The position numbers and the translations under genes were made by a program. DNA of 64,000 nt from Macrostomum lignano (Eukaryota): NCBI GenBank assembly GCA_002269645.1, contig NIVC01001491.1, positions 62,001-126,000 on the forward strand. The letters are read 5' to 3'. The first letter of the stretch is position 1, and the number at the start of each line of letters is the position of its first letter. Under the pieces are notes generated by a model that was not told the DNA's origin, made no database searches, and saw only the letters and a list, made by a program, of their open reading frames with translations. This document shows, one piece after another, positions 53,309 through 64,000 of the stretch.

Positions 53309-56300
53309 ATGGGCTGCTTTCAGCAGCTGCTAGTGTTGCTGGGCCTGCGGCCGCCCAACTATCCGGAGCTGCGAACCATCTGCGTCAATCACATGCCAAT
53401 GAAGAAGGGCGAACAGATTGTTGAGGAGAAATATCCCAACAACCGAGTGGTTACTTCCCGGTACACAATTTTCACTTTTCTGTTCAAGAATCTGTTCGAG
53501 CAGTTCTGCCGAGTTGCCAATTTTTACTTTCTGGTTGTGGCCATCATACAGTTCATCATTGACACCCCCGTTAGTCCAGCCACCTCGGTAATGCCTCTGG
53601 TCATTGTGCTGGCAACAACGGCTATCAAACAGGCCTACGAGGACTTTCTGAGACACCGAGCGGACAACAAGGTGAACAATACGCCAGTGAGGGTGGTCCG
53701 CGGAGGCAGCCTGCGCACCATTAAATCCTACGAAGTCTGCGTTGGCGACGTGCTCAGAGTTGGCCGCAACGAAAGCTTCCCCTGCGACTTGCTGCTGCTG
53801 TCATCCTCCGATCTCAGCGGCGAGTGCAGTGTCACGACGGCCAACCTTGACGGCGAGACAAACCTCAAGAGCCTAATGGCGGTGGAAGCGACCCGCACCT
53901 ACCAATCTGTCAGCGCAATTCAGAAGCGTTTCCGCGCCAGGATTGGTTGCGAGCAGCCGACATCGGATTTGCACAAATTCAAAGGCAACATGACCATTAG
54001 GATGGACACGCGCGACGAGCTGAAAATACCGCTGTCAGCGAAGAACATGCTGCTGCGAGGCGCCGTCCTGCGCAACACCGAGTTCGTCTTCGGCGTGGCC
54101 ATCTACACCGGCCAGGAGACCAAGATGCAGCTGAACTCACAGCGCGGCAAAACTAAGAAATCCGTGGTTGAAAGGCGCTTGGATCGATTTCTGCTGTGCT
54201 TCATGGCCATTTTGTTCTTTCTGGCTATTTTCAGCTCGTCGATGAAGTGGATTTATTTTAGCTTTGACGCCGGCATTCACAGCGCCTGGTACCTGCCACC
54301 GGAAGAAACGACTGCATGGAGAATTATTCAAGACTTCCTCGGCTTTCTGGTCCTGTTTAACTACATTATCCCCATCTCACTCTATGTGACGATCGAACTG
54401 CAAAAGTTCCTGGGATCCATGTTCTTCGAAAGCGATCTTGACATGTACTTTGAGGATCCGGACACGGGGGAAAAGTTTCGAGCACAGGCTAACACCTCCG
54501 ACCTGAACGAGGAGCTCGGTCAAGTGCAGTACTTGTTCTCTGATAAGACAGGCACGTTGACGGAGAATAAAATGACGTTTAGAAACTGTTCCATCGGTTC
54601 GAAATGCTACTGCGACATGAACGGTCAATTGTGGCTGACAGAAGACGGTCGACCAGTAAAGAAGCGAGTTCGATTCGAGCCAGATGAGGAGCTATTCTTT
54701 ACTGTGCTGGCTCTGTGTCACACAATTCGAGTTGAGGTGCCAAAAAAGTTTGGTCGCGGAGGCCGCGAGATCAACGAGCGCCTGTACACTGCGGAGGAAG
54801 CGCAAACCTACACGTACCAGGCCAGCTCTCCGGACGAGAAAGCCTTTGTTGAGGCCTGTCGCAATTTCGGAATCATATTTCACGGCACAGAAGAGGGCGT
54901 GAGCATTATCAGCTACAAGAACGTAATCCACAAATACCGCGTCATGGAAGTTCTAGAATTCGACTCTGACAGAAAGTGCATGTCGGTGATTCTTCGTCGA
55001 GAGAACGGCAGCTACTGGCTGTTGACGAAGGGGGCCGAGAGTTCCATGCTGGACAAGTGCTCCTCAGGCGATAAAGAATCGATAATCGAACGATCGGCAG
55101 AGTTCGCTCGGTTGGGTCTCCGAGTGCTAGTGATTGCTCATCGCCAGCTATCCGAAGATGAGTTCAAGACAATGCAAGATGCTCTACTCGAGGCCAATCA
55201 GGATGTTGCCAACAGGGAGAAGCGAACTGTAGAGGCGTACAAGAGCATCGAGCAAAATCTGGCGGCCATCGGTTGCACAGCCATCGAGGACGAGCTTCAA
55301 GCCGGTGTCAAAGAGACAATCACAGACCTGAGATCAGCTGGAATCCAGGTGTGGATCCTGACCGGTGACAAGCGAGAAACCGCCGAGAACATCAGCCTCT
55401 CGGCCGGTCACTTCACGGAGTCGATGACGCGCATTCGGATAGTGGAGAAAACGGACATCGAATCTTGCTCTCAGGAGGTTTTCCGAGGACTCGAGGAAAT
55501 CTCAGTTGCGTCTATTCCCAGTCAGTACTGCGTTGTGGTTGACGGACAGTCTCTGCAGTATCTGGTCGCCGAGGACAAGGAAGCCGAAGATTTGAAGTGG
55601 CGATTTCTCGAGCTTTGCCGCAAGACGGCAGCCGTCCTGTGCTGTCGTTGCACTCCTCTGCAGAAGGCCAGAGTAGTTGCCATGGTGAAGAGCGGCATCA
55701 AGCCTATGCCCGTCACCTGCTCGATTGGGGACGGAGCCAATGACGTCTCGATGATCCGCGAGGCGCATGTCGGTGTCGGGCTATTCGGCAAGGAAGGCCG
55801 TGCAGCCGCGCTGAACTCCGACTTCGCGTTGGCCAGGTTCAAATTCCTGCGCAAGACACTGCTGTTCCACGGCCACCTGTACTACATCCGACTGGCAATA
55901 ATGCTGCAGTACTTCTTCTACAAGAACGTGGCTTTTGTAGGCGCGCAACTGTTCTACACTTTCTTCTCCGGTTTCAGCGCTCAGTCAATGTACGATTCCG
56001 TGTTTCTGAGCATCTATAATTTAACTATGACGTCTCTGCCAATTCTAATTTACGGTTTGTTTGAGCAGCACGTGAGCCGCTCTAGGCTGAATGAAGAACC
56101 TGAACTCTATAAGAAAATTGCTCACAATCGCGTGCTGCTGTGGTCAAAACTGCTGGTGTGGTCCGGTCTGGGCTTCTGGCATTCGGCTTGCTGCTTCTTC
56201 TTATTTGTCGGAATTCTGCTTTACAACTCAACTTTTGGGACCTATTTATACGACATTTATAGCTTCGGCTCCGTTGTTGTCGAGTTTATTCTGATCTGCG

Positions 56301-57517
56301 TAACACTCAGACTGGTTATTTTTACATACAGCTTTCAGGTAAGTCGTCTGTAATCCCATTGCAAAGCTATGCAACAGACAATTAATTTCTGTTCACGTTT
56401 CAAACCTCTCAGGTTCCGTTTGTCATCGGAATCGTTGTGACTGTCCTCGGGTTTGCTGGCCTGCTGTCGCTGTACAACTATCTGACGCTGCCGTTATTCG
56501 GCAACAATCTTGACTTTCTGTGGGTGTACTTTGACATCTGCCAGCAGCCGATAGTGTGGGCCCTGATGCCGCTGGTTGCTGCAATGGCACTGTTCCCAGA
56601 TATCCTCATTCGCGTCATGGAGGACACCAAGGAGATGCGAATCATTAGGCAGAGACAATTGGCCAAGTCTCGATTCGAGGTGAGAACATGCAGATGGAGT
56701 TTAACGCCACTGTGGAACAAAATCACAAGATTTGCATTTCTAAATAAAACACACCGGAAACTTTCAAGAGCTCCAAAGGCACTCGGCGGTACAACTTGCC
56801 CTACTGTAGTCATAATTTACTAGCTCGTATAATACTGCAGAAAATATCTATGTCGGAAATATGGAGGGTCAGAGCAGTGGCGATTACACAAACTTTAATT
56901 GGAAGGTCCGTTACCCTAAAGGTCACCAATATTTGGTGTCTTGGTGTGCGCCCGGCCCTGTCTCTTCGTGGGTGCCCCCGTCTCTTGGTGGGCGCCCCTG
57001 TCTCTTGGTAGGCGCCCTTGTCTCTTGGTGGGTAAATCTGTCTTTTAGTTGGCGTCCCTGTCTCTTGGTGGGCGTCCCTGTCTCTTGGTTGGCGTCCCTG
57101 TCTCTTGGTGGGCGTCCCTGTCTTTTGGTTGGCGTCCCTGTCTCTTAGTGGGCGTCCCTGTCTCTTGGTGGGCGTCCTTGTCTCTTGATTGGCGCCCCTG
57201 TCTCGTGGTGGGCGTCCTTGTCTCTTGATTGGCGCCCTTGCCTCTTGGTGGGCGTCCCTGTCTTTTGGTGGGCGCCCCTGTATCTTGGTGGGCGTCCCTG
57301 TCTTTTGGTTGGCGTCCCTGTCTCTTGGTGGGCGTCCCTGTCTCTTGGTGGGCGTCCCTGTCTCTTGGTGGGCGCCCTTGTCTCTTGGTGGGCGTCCTTG
57401 TCTCTTGATTGGCGCCCCTGTCTCTTGGTGGGCGTCCCTGTCTCTTGATTGGCGCCCCTGTATCTTGGTGGGCGTCCCTGTCTCTTGATTGGCTTACTTA
57501 CTTACTTACTTACTTAC

Positions 57518-57551
<34 letters not shown>

Positions 57552-58987
57552 CACTTACTTACTTACCTACTTACTTACTTCCTTATTTATTTATTTACTT
57601 ACTTTTGAGATTTAACATAAAATGTAAAAATACTGTGTCGGACGTATGGAGCCACAGTGTGAATTAGAAATTCAAAATACTTCTATTTTGACTGATATTC
57701 AGTGTTCCATTGCCGTTTCTAAGCAACGATCAGTGCTTAATATGATCGTAGAAGCAGAAGTCTGCTTCTCCTTCTGCTTCTCCGTTTGCTTCTATTTCTT
57801 TCCTTTGTTTCTGCTGAAGGAGCAGCTGCACAGGAAGTATTGCATCCTGAAGGCTGCAGCTGCAACTCCTTGTCTTTCTCACTGTCTTTAAAAAGCTTCC
57901 AAACAGGCCGTAGTTGCATGCTCAGCACTCTCAACATCGTTTGCCTTCCACTCTTTCTCGCTTGTTTCCTGTTGAGCACACAAGCAGCTGCAGTCAGGCA
58001 TCCAGCTCCACTCACTAATGCCCAGTCTCGCATCTATTGTCAGCAGCCCCCCAGAACGGAAGAGGACAGCCGTGGTACCGTCGGGGTGAGCGCAATTCCA
58101 CTCTCCCAGTTTTCCACTTCACTTTTCTGGTCTCTTTCTCCGTTTTGCTCGAAGTATCCCGCCAAGCTTGGGCTAGACTCTGTCAGCTGCTACTGTCAGT
58201 TAAAAGCCTCTGTAGGCATCATACTACTTGTGTATAAGTGCATTGCTGCCTTCTGCATTTGCATTAGTAGTTAAAATGTTTGCATGTCTATACGTGCATT
58301 TAATGTCAGTCTGGACAATTGCGATAAACAAATTATTTGCCTGATTAGCAAATGCGAATTGGCAAAATGCAAATGCGAAATTTGCATAATAAATAAATCT
58401 ATTTCCGGAAAACCCCGGGGTTAAGACCATAGACTGTAGCTTCTGCAACTCTCAAGCATTAGCACATAAAGGAAAGCACTTGAGAAGCATTTTTTGAATC
58501 TGACTGACATGGTCGCCGTGCTGTGGCCCCCGGTCCCGGGGTTTTGGGGTCCTCTGAGACGGCTCGTATCGTACACTATACTATAGTCTATGGCCAGTCC
58601 TGCAGACACACTTCGACACGAACGGAATTTGTTTTTTGCAGACTTCTGTATGAACATGTTTTAAAAATGATACCCATGGAAAATATTGTCAATTGTGTAC
58701 GAGAATTAACGTGACTTTCTCTCAAACTAACTCGCCCGCAGGATTTGAAGCTTTCAGCTGCAGCCGATTATGGAGTCAACAAGCAGAAAGAGACAGTCCT
58801 GTCCACAGACCATGGCTTTAATAGTGATGCAGAGAAGCAGCAACAACAGCCGCAGGTGATTTTAAAGTTCCGAGTCAACCAGAAGGCCAATAATGCCTAT
58901 CAGAATTCGGCGTTCAACGCGCAGGAAGAACCGGCGCCTGCCGAAGCCGGCGAGCGGTACGAAACGTCCGATGCTACAGCTGGATGA
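53309..58987 (+). CDS. ATP11: P4-type ATPase (phospholipid flippase), ATP11 class, 1180 aa; exons 53309-56338, 56413-56679, 58742-58987
   Basis: YPNNRVVTSRY, KNLFEQFCRVANFYFL, ATP11-type IIDTPVSPATSVMPL, TANLDGETNLK, PISLYVTIE, phosphorylation site DKTGT, ASSPDEKA, LTGDKRETA, IGDGANDVSMI; two phase-0 GT-AG introns; last exon is less certain. Confidence 0.93.
56960..57492. repeat. 20-nt intronic minisatellite TTGGTGGGCG(T/C)CCCTGTCTC
   Basis: Reverse complement of the 11930-12195 unit; lies in ATP11 intron 2. Confidence 0.94.
57493..57603. repeat. (TTAC)n/(TTAT)n microsatellite
   Basis: Directly fused to the end of the 20-nt array. Confidence 0.92.
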
Positions 58988-60462
58988 CAGACACCTCCCT
59001 AGCGACTAGCACTGCATTCAACTCCCAGTTTGCTCTGACAGACAAGCCTTTAGTGAACGGAGCCGCTGCCCCCCTCTGTTGAATCCTCTCTCTCTCTTCT
59101 CCTCTCCTCCCCTCGCGGCGGGAAGGCAAACAGAAATGCGGGATAGAATTTCTGGTAAGGGCGCTGCATTTTGCCCACGGTCTGCTGGCAGAGCGCCTTC
59201 TCCTATATTGTACAGCCCTGGCTCCCCTCTTCTCTGCAAGCGCATTTTAATTCAGCTATAAAAAATTAATGACTCCCAAGCATGCTGAGCGTCAGATTTG
59301 CATCTGTCAAACATGCAATCATATCGTGTGCAGCATTTGGAGTGAGTTATTTCAACGCGTAAACTTTTTTCTACGGTTTCCATGACGACGAATGCAGCAG
59401 CAGAGAATCTGGGAGAGTCTGAGTTGGATGCAGACTAGGGGTTCCTGTTGGCGGGGGAGACAGGTGCACTGAAACACCGTTCACATTACCTATTCGCATC
59501 TACTTGTGCCATCTTCACGTGTTGTTAAGACAAAAAACTTTTTTCCATTTCCTCGTTGACCCAGTGATGCTTTGCTTTGAGCATTATCCGAGTTCAGTTC
59601 CGCCAAAGAGAAATGCACAGATTAAACTCTGCAACAATTTAACGATTGACTTTTCGGCACAGAGCCTTTAATCTTGACAATTTAATTTAGATTTATTTTT
59701 GTCTTGGCCTTCATAAATCAAACTTTATTTTTTTTATAACAAAACTGTAATCTTGAGCCAAATCGCTGATCTTATTTTTCTGTCTGCAATTTTACACTTT
59801 GATTGCTCTTCTCCAACTCGTGTGCCTTAGATACTACTTTCAGCGCTCTTTCGAGCATCATTTTTTTCAAAAGAAGCTTGAGGAGCCTTGAATCGTATCT
59901 TTACTACTTATAATATATTTCAATAGATATGGTCATTGATCTTGTGTGATAAGAGCGTCGTTTTGCTATGAACTGAATATACTAAACAGTCATGCTTATT
60001 CACTGAAATACAACGTTGGGCCATGAAAAGCCTATTGCGTTAGTCTCTGTTAATTAAAGACCAGTCAAAGAGTTTTAAGAGACTGGGTAGGGTCTAAAAA
60101 ATACTCTTCACAAGTAGCAACGTCGCCATAGGCACCAAACTGGACAATTTAAAAGCCCAAACTGCACACACAGTAAGCCACACTATGGAAATAAGATTGA
60201 GTGAACGCTTTGTGCGCACTTAGCCTACTGAGAGACTACAGACCCTGTAGACTCTCGTCTCTACCCCCATCTCTTGGCAAACACGTGGCTGCTTAGAGAG
60301 ACACGCCTTTTGTGGCCAAATACTCTTCTGTGCAGGTGAGAGGGGGAGAGACAGGAGGAGACAGCAATGCATTAAAGAAGAACGGCGCAATAGCCAACTG
60401 GCAAATGCCACTTACTGGCTACCGCGTCTTTGGAGAGCAAGCTCAGGCCAACAGTAGCAACA

Positions 60463-63400
60463 ATGTCTGTGAGTAAATAATCCAACTTTCGAAACTATAA
60501 ATCATAAATCATAAATAAACTATAAATCAAACTATGAAACTATGCATCGGCATATAAGTATATAAATATTAATTTCTTAAGCATAATTGGATCATAATTA
60601 ATAATCTCAGCTAAAATAGACACGCTTGTACAGATGCTTAGGGGCCGTAGCAACTCAGAGCGCGGCCAACCTCCCAGGCTTAAAGCATGGGAGGACATAA
60701 GGGGGGACAGAGCCGAAAATGAACATGTAAATTATTTCAAGACAAATAGTGTTGCTGGTACTCATTTTGGCGCCTCAGGCAGGCATTCATTTTGGCGCCG
60801 CAGGCAGGCACTCAGTTTGGCGCCTCAGGCAGGCACTCAGTCTGGCGCCTCAAGCAGGCACTCAGTCTGGCGCCTCAAGCAGGCACTCAGTTTGGCGCCT
60901 CAAGCAGGCACTCAGTTTGGCGCCTCAGGCAGGCATTCATTTTGGCGCCGCAGGCAGGCACTCAGTTTGGCGCCTCAGGCAGGCACTCAGTCTGGCGCCT
61001 CAAGCAGGCACTCAGTCTGGCGCCTCAAGCAGGCACTCAGTTTGGCGCCGCAGGCAGGCTTTCTTGCTCTCAAAACCAAGGAACTTAATTTAAAATTACA
61101 GGATGCGGAGGAGGGCAACGCGGAGGAGGTCCTGGAGCTGACTCCGCAAGAAGAGAAACGTGAGCAATTAACAAAATGATTATCAAAACATAAGAATGTT
61201 AATCAACAACACAGCTACTCAAGCCGATTCCATTCGTTAACCTCTAGTGTTCCGCGAGACCTACAACGCGTTGAGCAAAGGCCGGGGCGACCTGCCGGTC
61301 AACCTGATCGGCCAGGCCCTGCGGATGAACAACCAGTGCCCCACTGAGGCTGAGCTACAGAAAATCATCGAGGATCACCGCGATGAGGATGCCGTGGATC
61401 CAGGCAAGATTCCTGTGGTTGATTTGTATCAAAACAATCTTAAATCGATGTTGTAACCAGAGCAATTTTTTCTGAATTAAAGGTTGCGCAGATAAGGTGC
61501 CGATTTCAATAGCTAAGAGCGCGCATCAGTTTCCATTGGACACAATCACACCACATGCGGCCCGCGAAGCCTCCCTAACCGGCTTTCGGGTCCTTTGAAG
61601 TTCCAAAATACGTAGCAATCTTCTCAGCTCTCTCCTTTCTCTCCTCATCTCCCCTCCCCTGTCTCAACTGCTCTCCCCTCTCCTCTCTCCCATCCTCTCC
61701 CTCTCCTCTCTCCCATCCTCTCCCCTCTCCTCTCTCCCATCCTCTCCCCTATCCTCTGTCAACTGCTCTCCCCTCTCCTCTCTCCCATCCTCTCCCCTCT
61801 CCTCTCTCCCATCCTCTCCCCTCTCCTCTCTCCCATCCTCTCCCCTCTCCTCTCTCCCATCCTCTCCCCTCTCCTCTCTCCCATCCTCTCCCCTCTCCTC
61901 TCTCCTATCCTCTCCCCTCTCCTCTCTCCCATCCTCTCCCCTCTCCTCTCTCCCATCCTCTCCCCTCTCCTCTCTCCCATCCTCTCCCCTCTCCTCTCTC
62001 CCATCCTCTCCCCTCTCCTCTCTCCCATCCTCTCCCCTCTCCTCTCTCCTATCCTCTCCCTTCTCCTCTCTCCCATCCTCTCCCCTCTCCTCTCTCCCAT
62101 CCTCTCCCCTCTCCTCTCTCCCATCCTCTCCCCTATCCTCTGTCAACTGCTCTCCCCTCTCCTCTCTCCCATCCTCTCCCCTCTCCTCTCTCCCATCCTC
62201 TCCCTCTCTCACCTCTCCTCTCTCTCATCCTCTCCCTCTCTCCCCTCTCCTCTCTCCCATCCTCTCCCCTCTCCTCTCTCCCCTCGTGGATTCTATTCTA
62301 TATCTGGCCCAATTAAGTTTAAAAAATTTCCAAACCTCTTTTTTTAAACAACGACTTTGTTGCAGGAGTTGACTTTTAATTTTTAAACAAAACTGAAGCA
62401 CTTAGTTGAATATAAAACGTATGCATTTCAAACAGAATGAGTTACTGAAAACCTATGCTATCCTTGTTGAACTCTGCTTAATAACAGACGAAATGCCCAA
62501 AGTGGACTTTGAAGAGTTCTGCACCATCATGAAAGAAAACTGGAAGACGCGCGACCAGCTGGAAGACCAGCTGAAGGCCGCTTTCGCCACCTTCGACAAG
62601 GCCGAGAGCGGCATCATCGAGGCCGAGGACTTCAAGAACTGGATGATGACACTCGGCGAGGCGTTGGAAGAGGGCGAAATCAATGAACTGCTGAAAGATG
62701 CTGGCACTCTCGATGGAAAAGTTCCTTACGATCGTGAGTTTGAAGTATTGTTATTTGATAATACCTTAGGTAATTTATTTGAATCTCAATAACTAACAGT
62801 GGAGTACTATTGCAATGGGAAGTTACGGGGAGTCATAAGCTGATGTTGTTATTGACCATCGCAAGGATCTGTCAGGTAGATAATGACCGATGAATCATGC
62901 AGAATCACGTACTCTCCCCCCTCCTCTCCCCTCTCCTCTCTCCCCTCTCCTCTCCCCTCTCCTCTCCCCTCTCCTCTCCCCTCTCCTCTCCCCCCTCCTC
63001 TCCCCTCTCCTCTCCCCTCTCCTCTCCCCTCTCCTCTCCCCTCTCCTCTCCCCTCTCCTCTCCCCCCTCCTCTCCCCTCTCCTCTCCCCTCTCCTCTCCC
63101 CTCTCCCCTCTCCTCTCCCCTCTCCTCTCCCCCCTCCTCTCCCCTCTCCTCTCCCCTCTCCTCTCCCTCTCCTCTCCCCTCTCCTCTCCCCTCTCCTCTC
63201 CCCCCTCCTCTCCCCTCTCCTCTCCCCTCTCCTCTCCCCTCTCCCTCTCCTCTCCCCTCTCCTCTCCCCTCTCCTCTCCCCTCTCCTCTCCCCTCTCCTC
63301 TCCCCTCTCCTCTCCCCCTCTTCTCCCCTCTCCTCTCCCCTCTCCTCTCCCCTCTCCCTCTCCTCTCCCCTCTCCTCTCCCCTCTCCTCTCTCCCCTCTT

Positions 63401-63558
63401 CCCTCTCTTATTTATGAAGAGTTATTTTTCAAATCTCTTCAGAATTCGTTCCGCACCTGCTCGACGCGTACGGTCGTCCGGCCTCTAAAAAGCCGAAGGG
63501 CTCCGCCAAAAAAGGTGGCAAAAAGTCAGCTGCAAGTTCCGGCAAAGGAAAAAAGTAG
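60463..63558 (+). CDS. Calmodulin-like EF-hand protein with Lys-rich C-terminal tail, 193 aa; exons 60463-60468, 61102-61159, 61248-61403, 62488-62733, 63443-63558
   Basis: [31 protein letters not shown]...[77 protein letters not shown]; total 582 nt; intron 3 needs a GC donor; AATAAA at 63686. Confidence 0.85.
60762..61060. repeat. 25-nt intronic minisatellite GGCGCCTCA(G/A)GCAGGCACTCAGT(T/C)T
   Basis: Tandem copies in intron 60469-61101. Confidence 0.93.
61557..62283 (+). repeat. Conserved leader plus 24-nt CT-rich minisatellite TCCTCTCCCCTCTCCTCTCTCCCA
   Basis: Leader matches 37154-37249; array lies in intron 61404-62487. Confidence 0.88.
62912..63405. repeat. 12-nt CT-rich intronic minisatellite CCTCTCCCCTCT
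   Basis: Tandem copies in intron 62734-63442. Confidence 0.94.
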
Positions 63559-63844
63559 TTGTTGCACTGGAGAAAGAACCTTTATGTCAATGCATAAGAG
63601 CATTGATATGTCTAAGAACTTTCCCACTTGATGTTTTGTAATTTCAACAAACAATATCCTTGCTAATATTTGCGTACTGCATTCAAATAAACACTGCTGA
63701 TCAAAAAGTAATATTTTTATAAACGTATTTTTGGTCGCCAACGACGAGTACACTACGATATCGAAGCCTCAGTTTTTTTAATGCACCAGAAGATTTTGTT
63801 TGACTCAGCGAGTTTCTCAGTCTCGTAGATTTTATGTAGTCACC

Positions 63845-64000
63845 AAGTTTCCACGGGTTTCAGTGGGTTTCATTGCCGTGGGTTTCAGTGGGTTTTAGTG
63901 TGTTTCATTAAGTTTTCGTGGGATTCCTTGGGTTTCAGTGGGTTTCAGTGAGTTTCAGTGAGCTTCACTAGATTTCAGTGAGTCTTCAGTGAGTTTGAGT
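63845..64000. repeat. Degenerate 10-nt repeat G(G/A)GTTTCAGT running off the window end
   Basis: Direct reading. Confidence 0.8.

Noticed and set aside
57737-58274. Overlapping ORFs in ATP11 intron 2 as a nested gene
   Set aside because: Low-complexity sequence, open on both strands, nothing recognisable
61664-63631. EDGREERG and SPLP/PLLS-repeat ORFs
   Set aside because: Translations of CT-rich intronic arrays within the calmodulin-like gene

Overview
Eukaryotic (animal) genomic DNA with spliced genes and about 30 tandem-repeat arrays, most of them inside introns. GC-rich, poly-Ala/poly-Gln-rich exons plus minisatellite-filled introns are consistent with the flatworm Macrostomum, but this is inference only. 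Exon chains were read by eye with splice phases checked. In order: (1) the 3' three exons of a bacterial/phage-type RlaP-like (PF10127-like) nucleotidyltransferase, + strand, 915-2470; (2) an AJM1/C9orf172-like apical junction gene, - strand, possibly extending through a 41-nt micro-exon to a 2-kb orphan exon at 13710-15708; (3) a six-exon UNC93A-like MFS transporter; (4) two divergent calmodulin-like EF-hand genes (- strand 24336-28845; + strand 60463-63558, with a GC-AG intron); (5) a two-exon H-type ferritin; (6) an ERG/FLI1/FEV-class ETS factor; (7) an ATP11-type P4-ATPase with a 3-kb first exon. Also present are three copies of a tRNA-derived SINE-like family, a small MITE-like element, a repeated leader that precedes CT-rich tracts, and a 4-kb satellite with higher-order structure. 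The most novel-looking item is the intron-containing RlaP-like gene. Most long ORFs in the supplied track are tandem-repeat or antisense artefacts. No rRNA, intact tRNA or CRISPR array was found.
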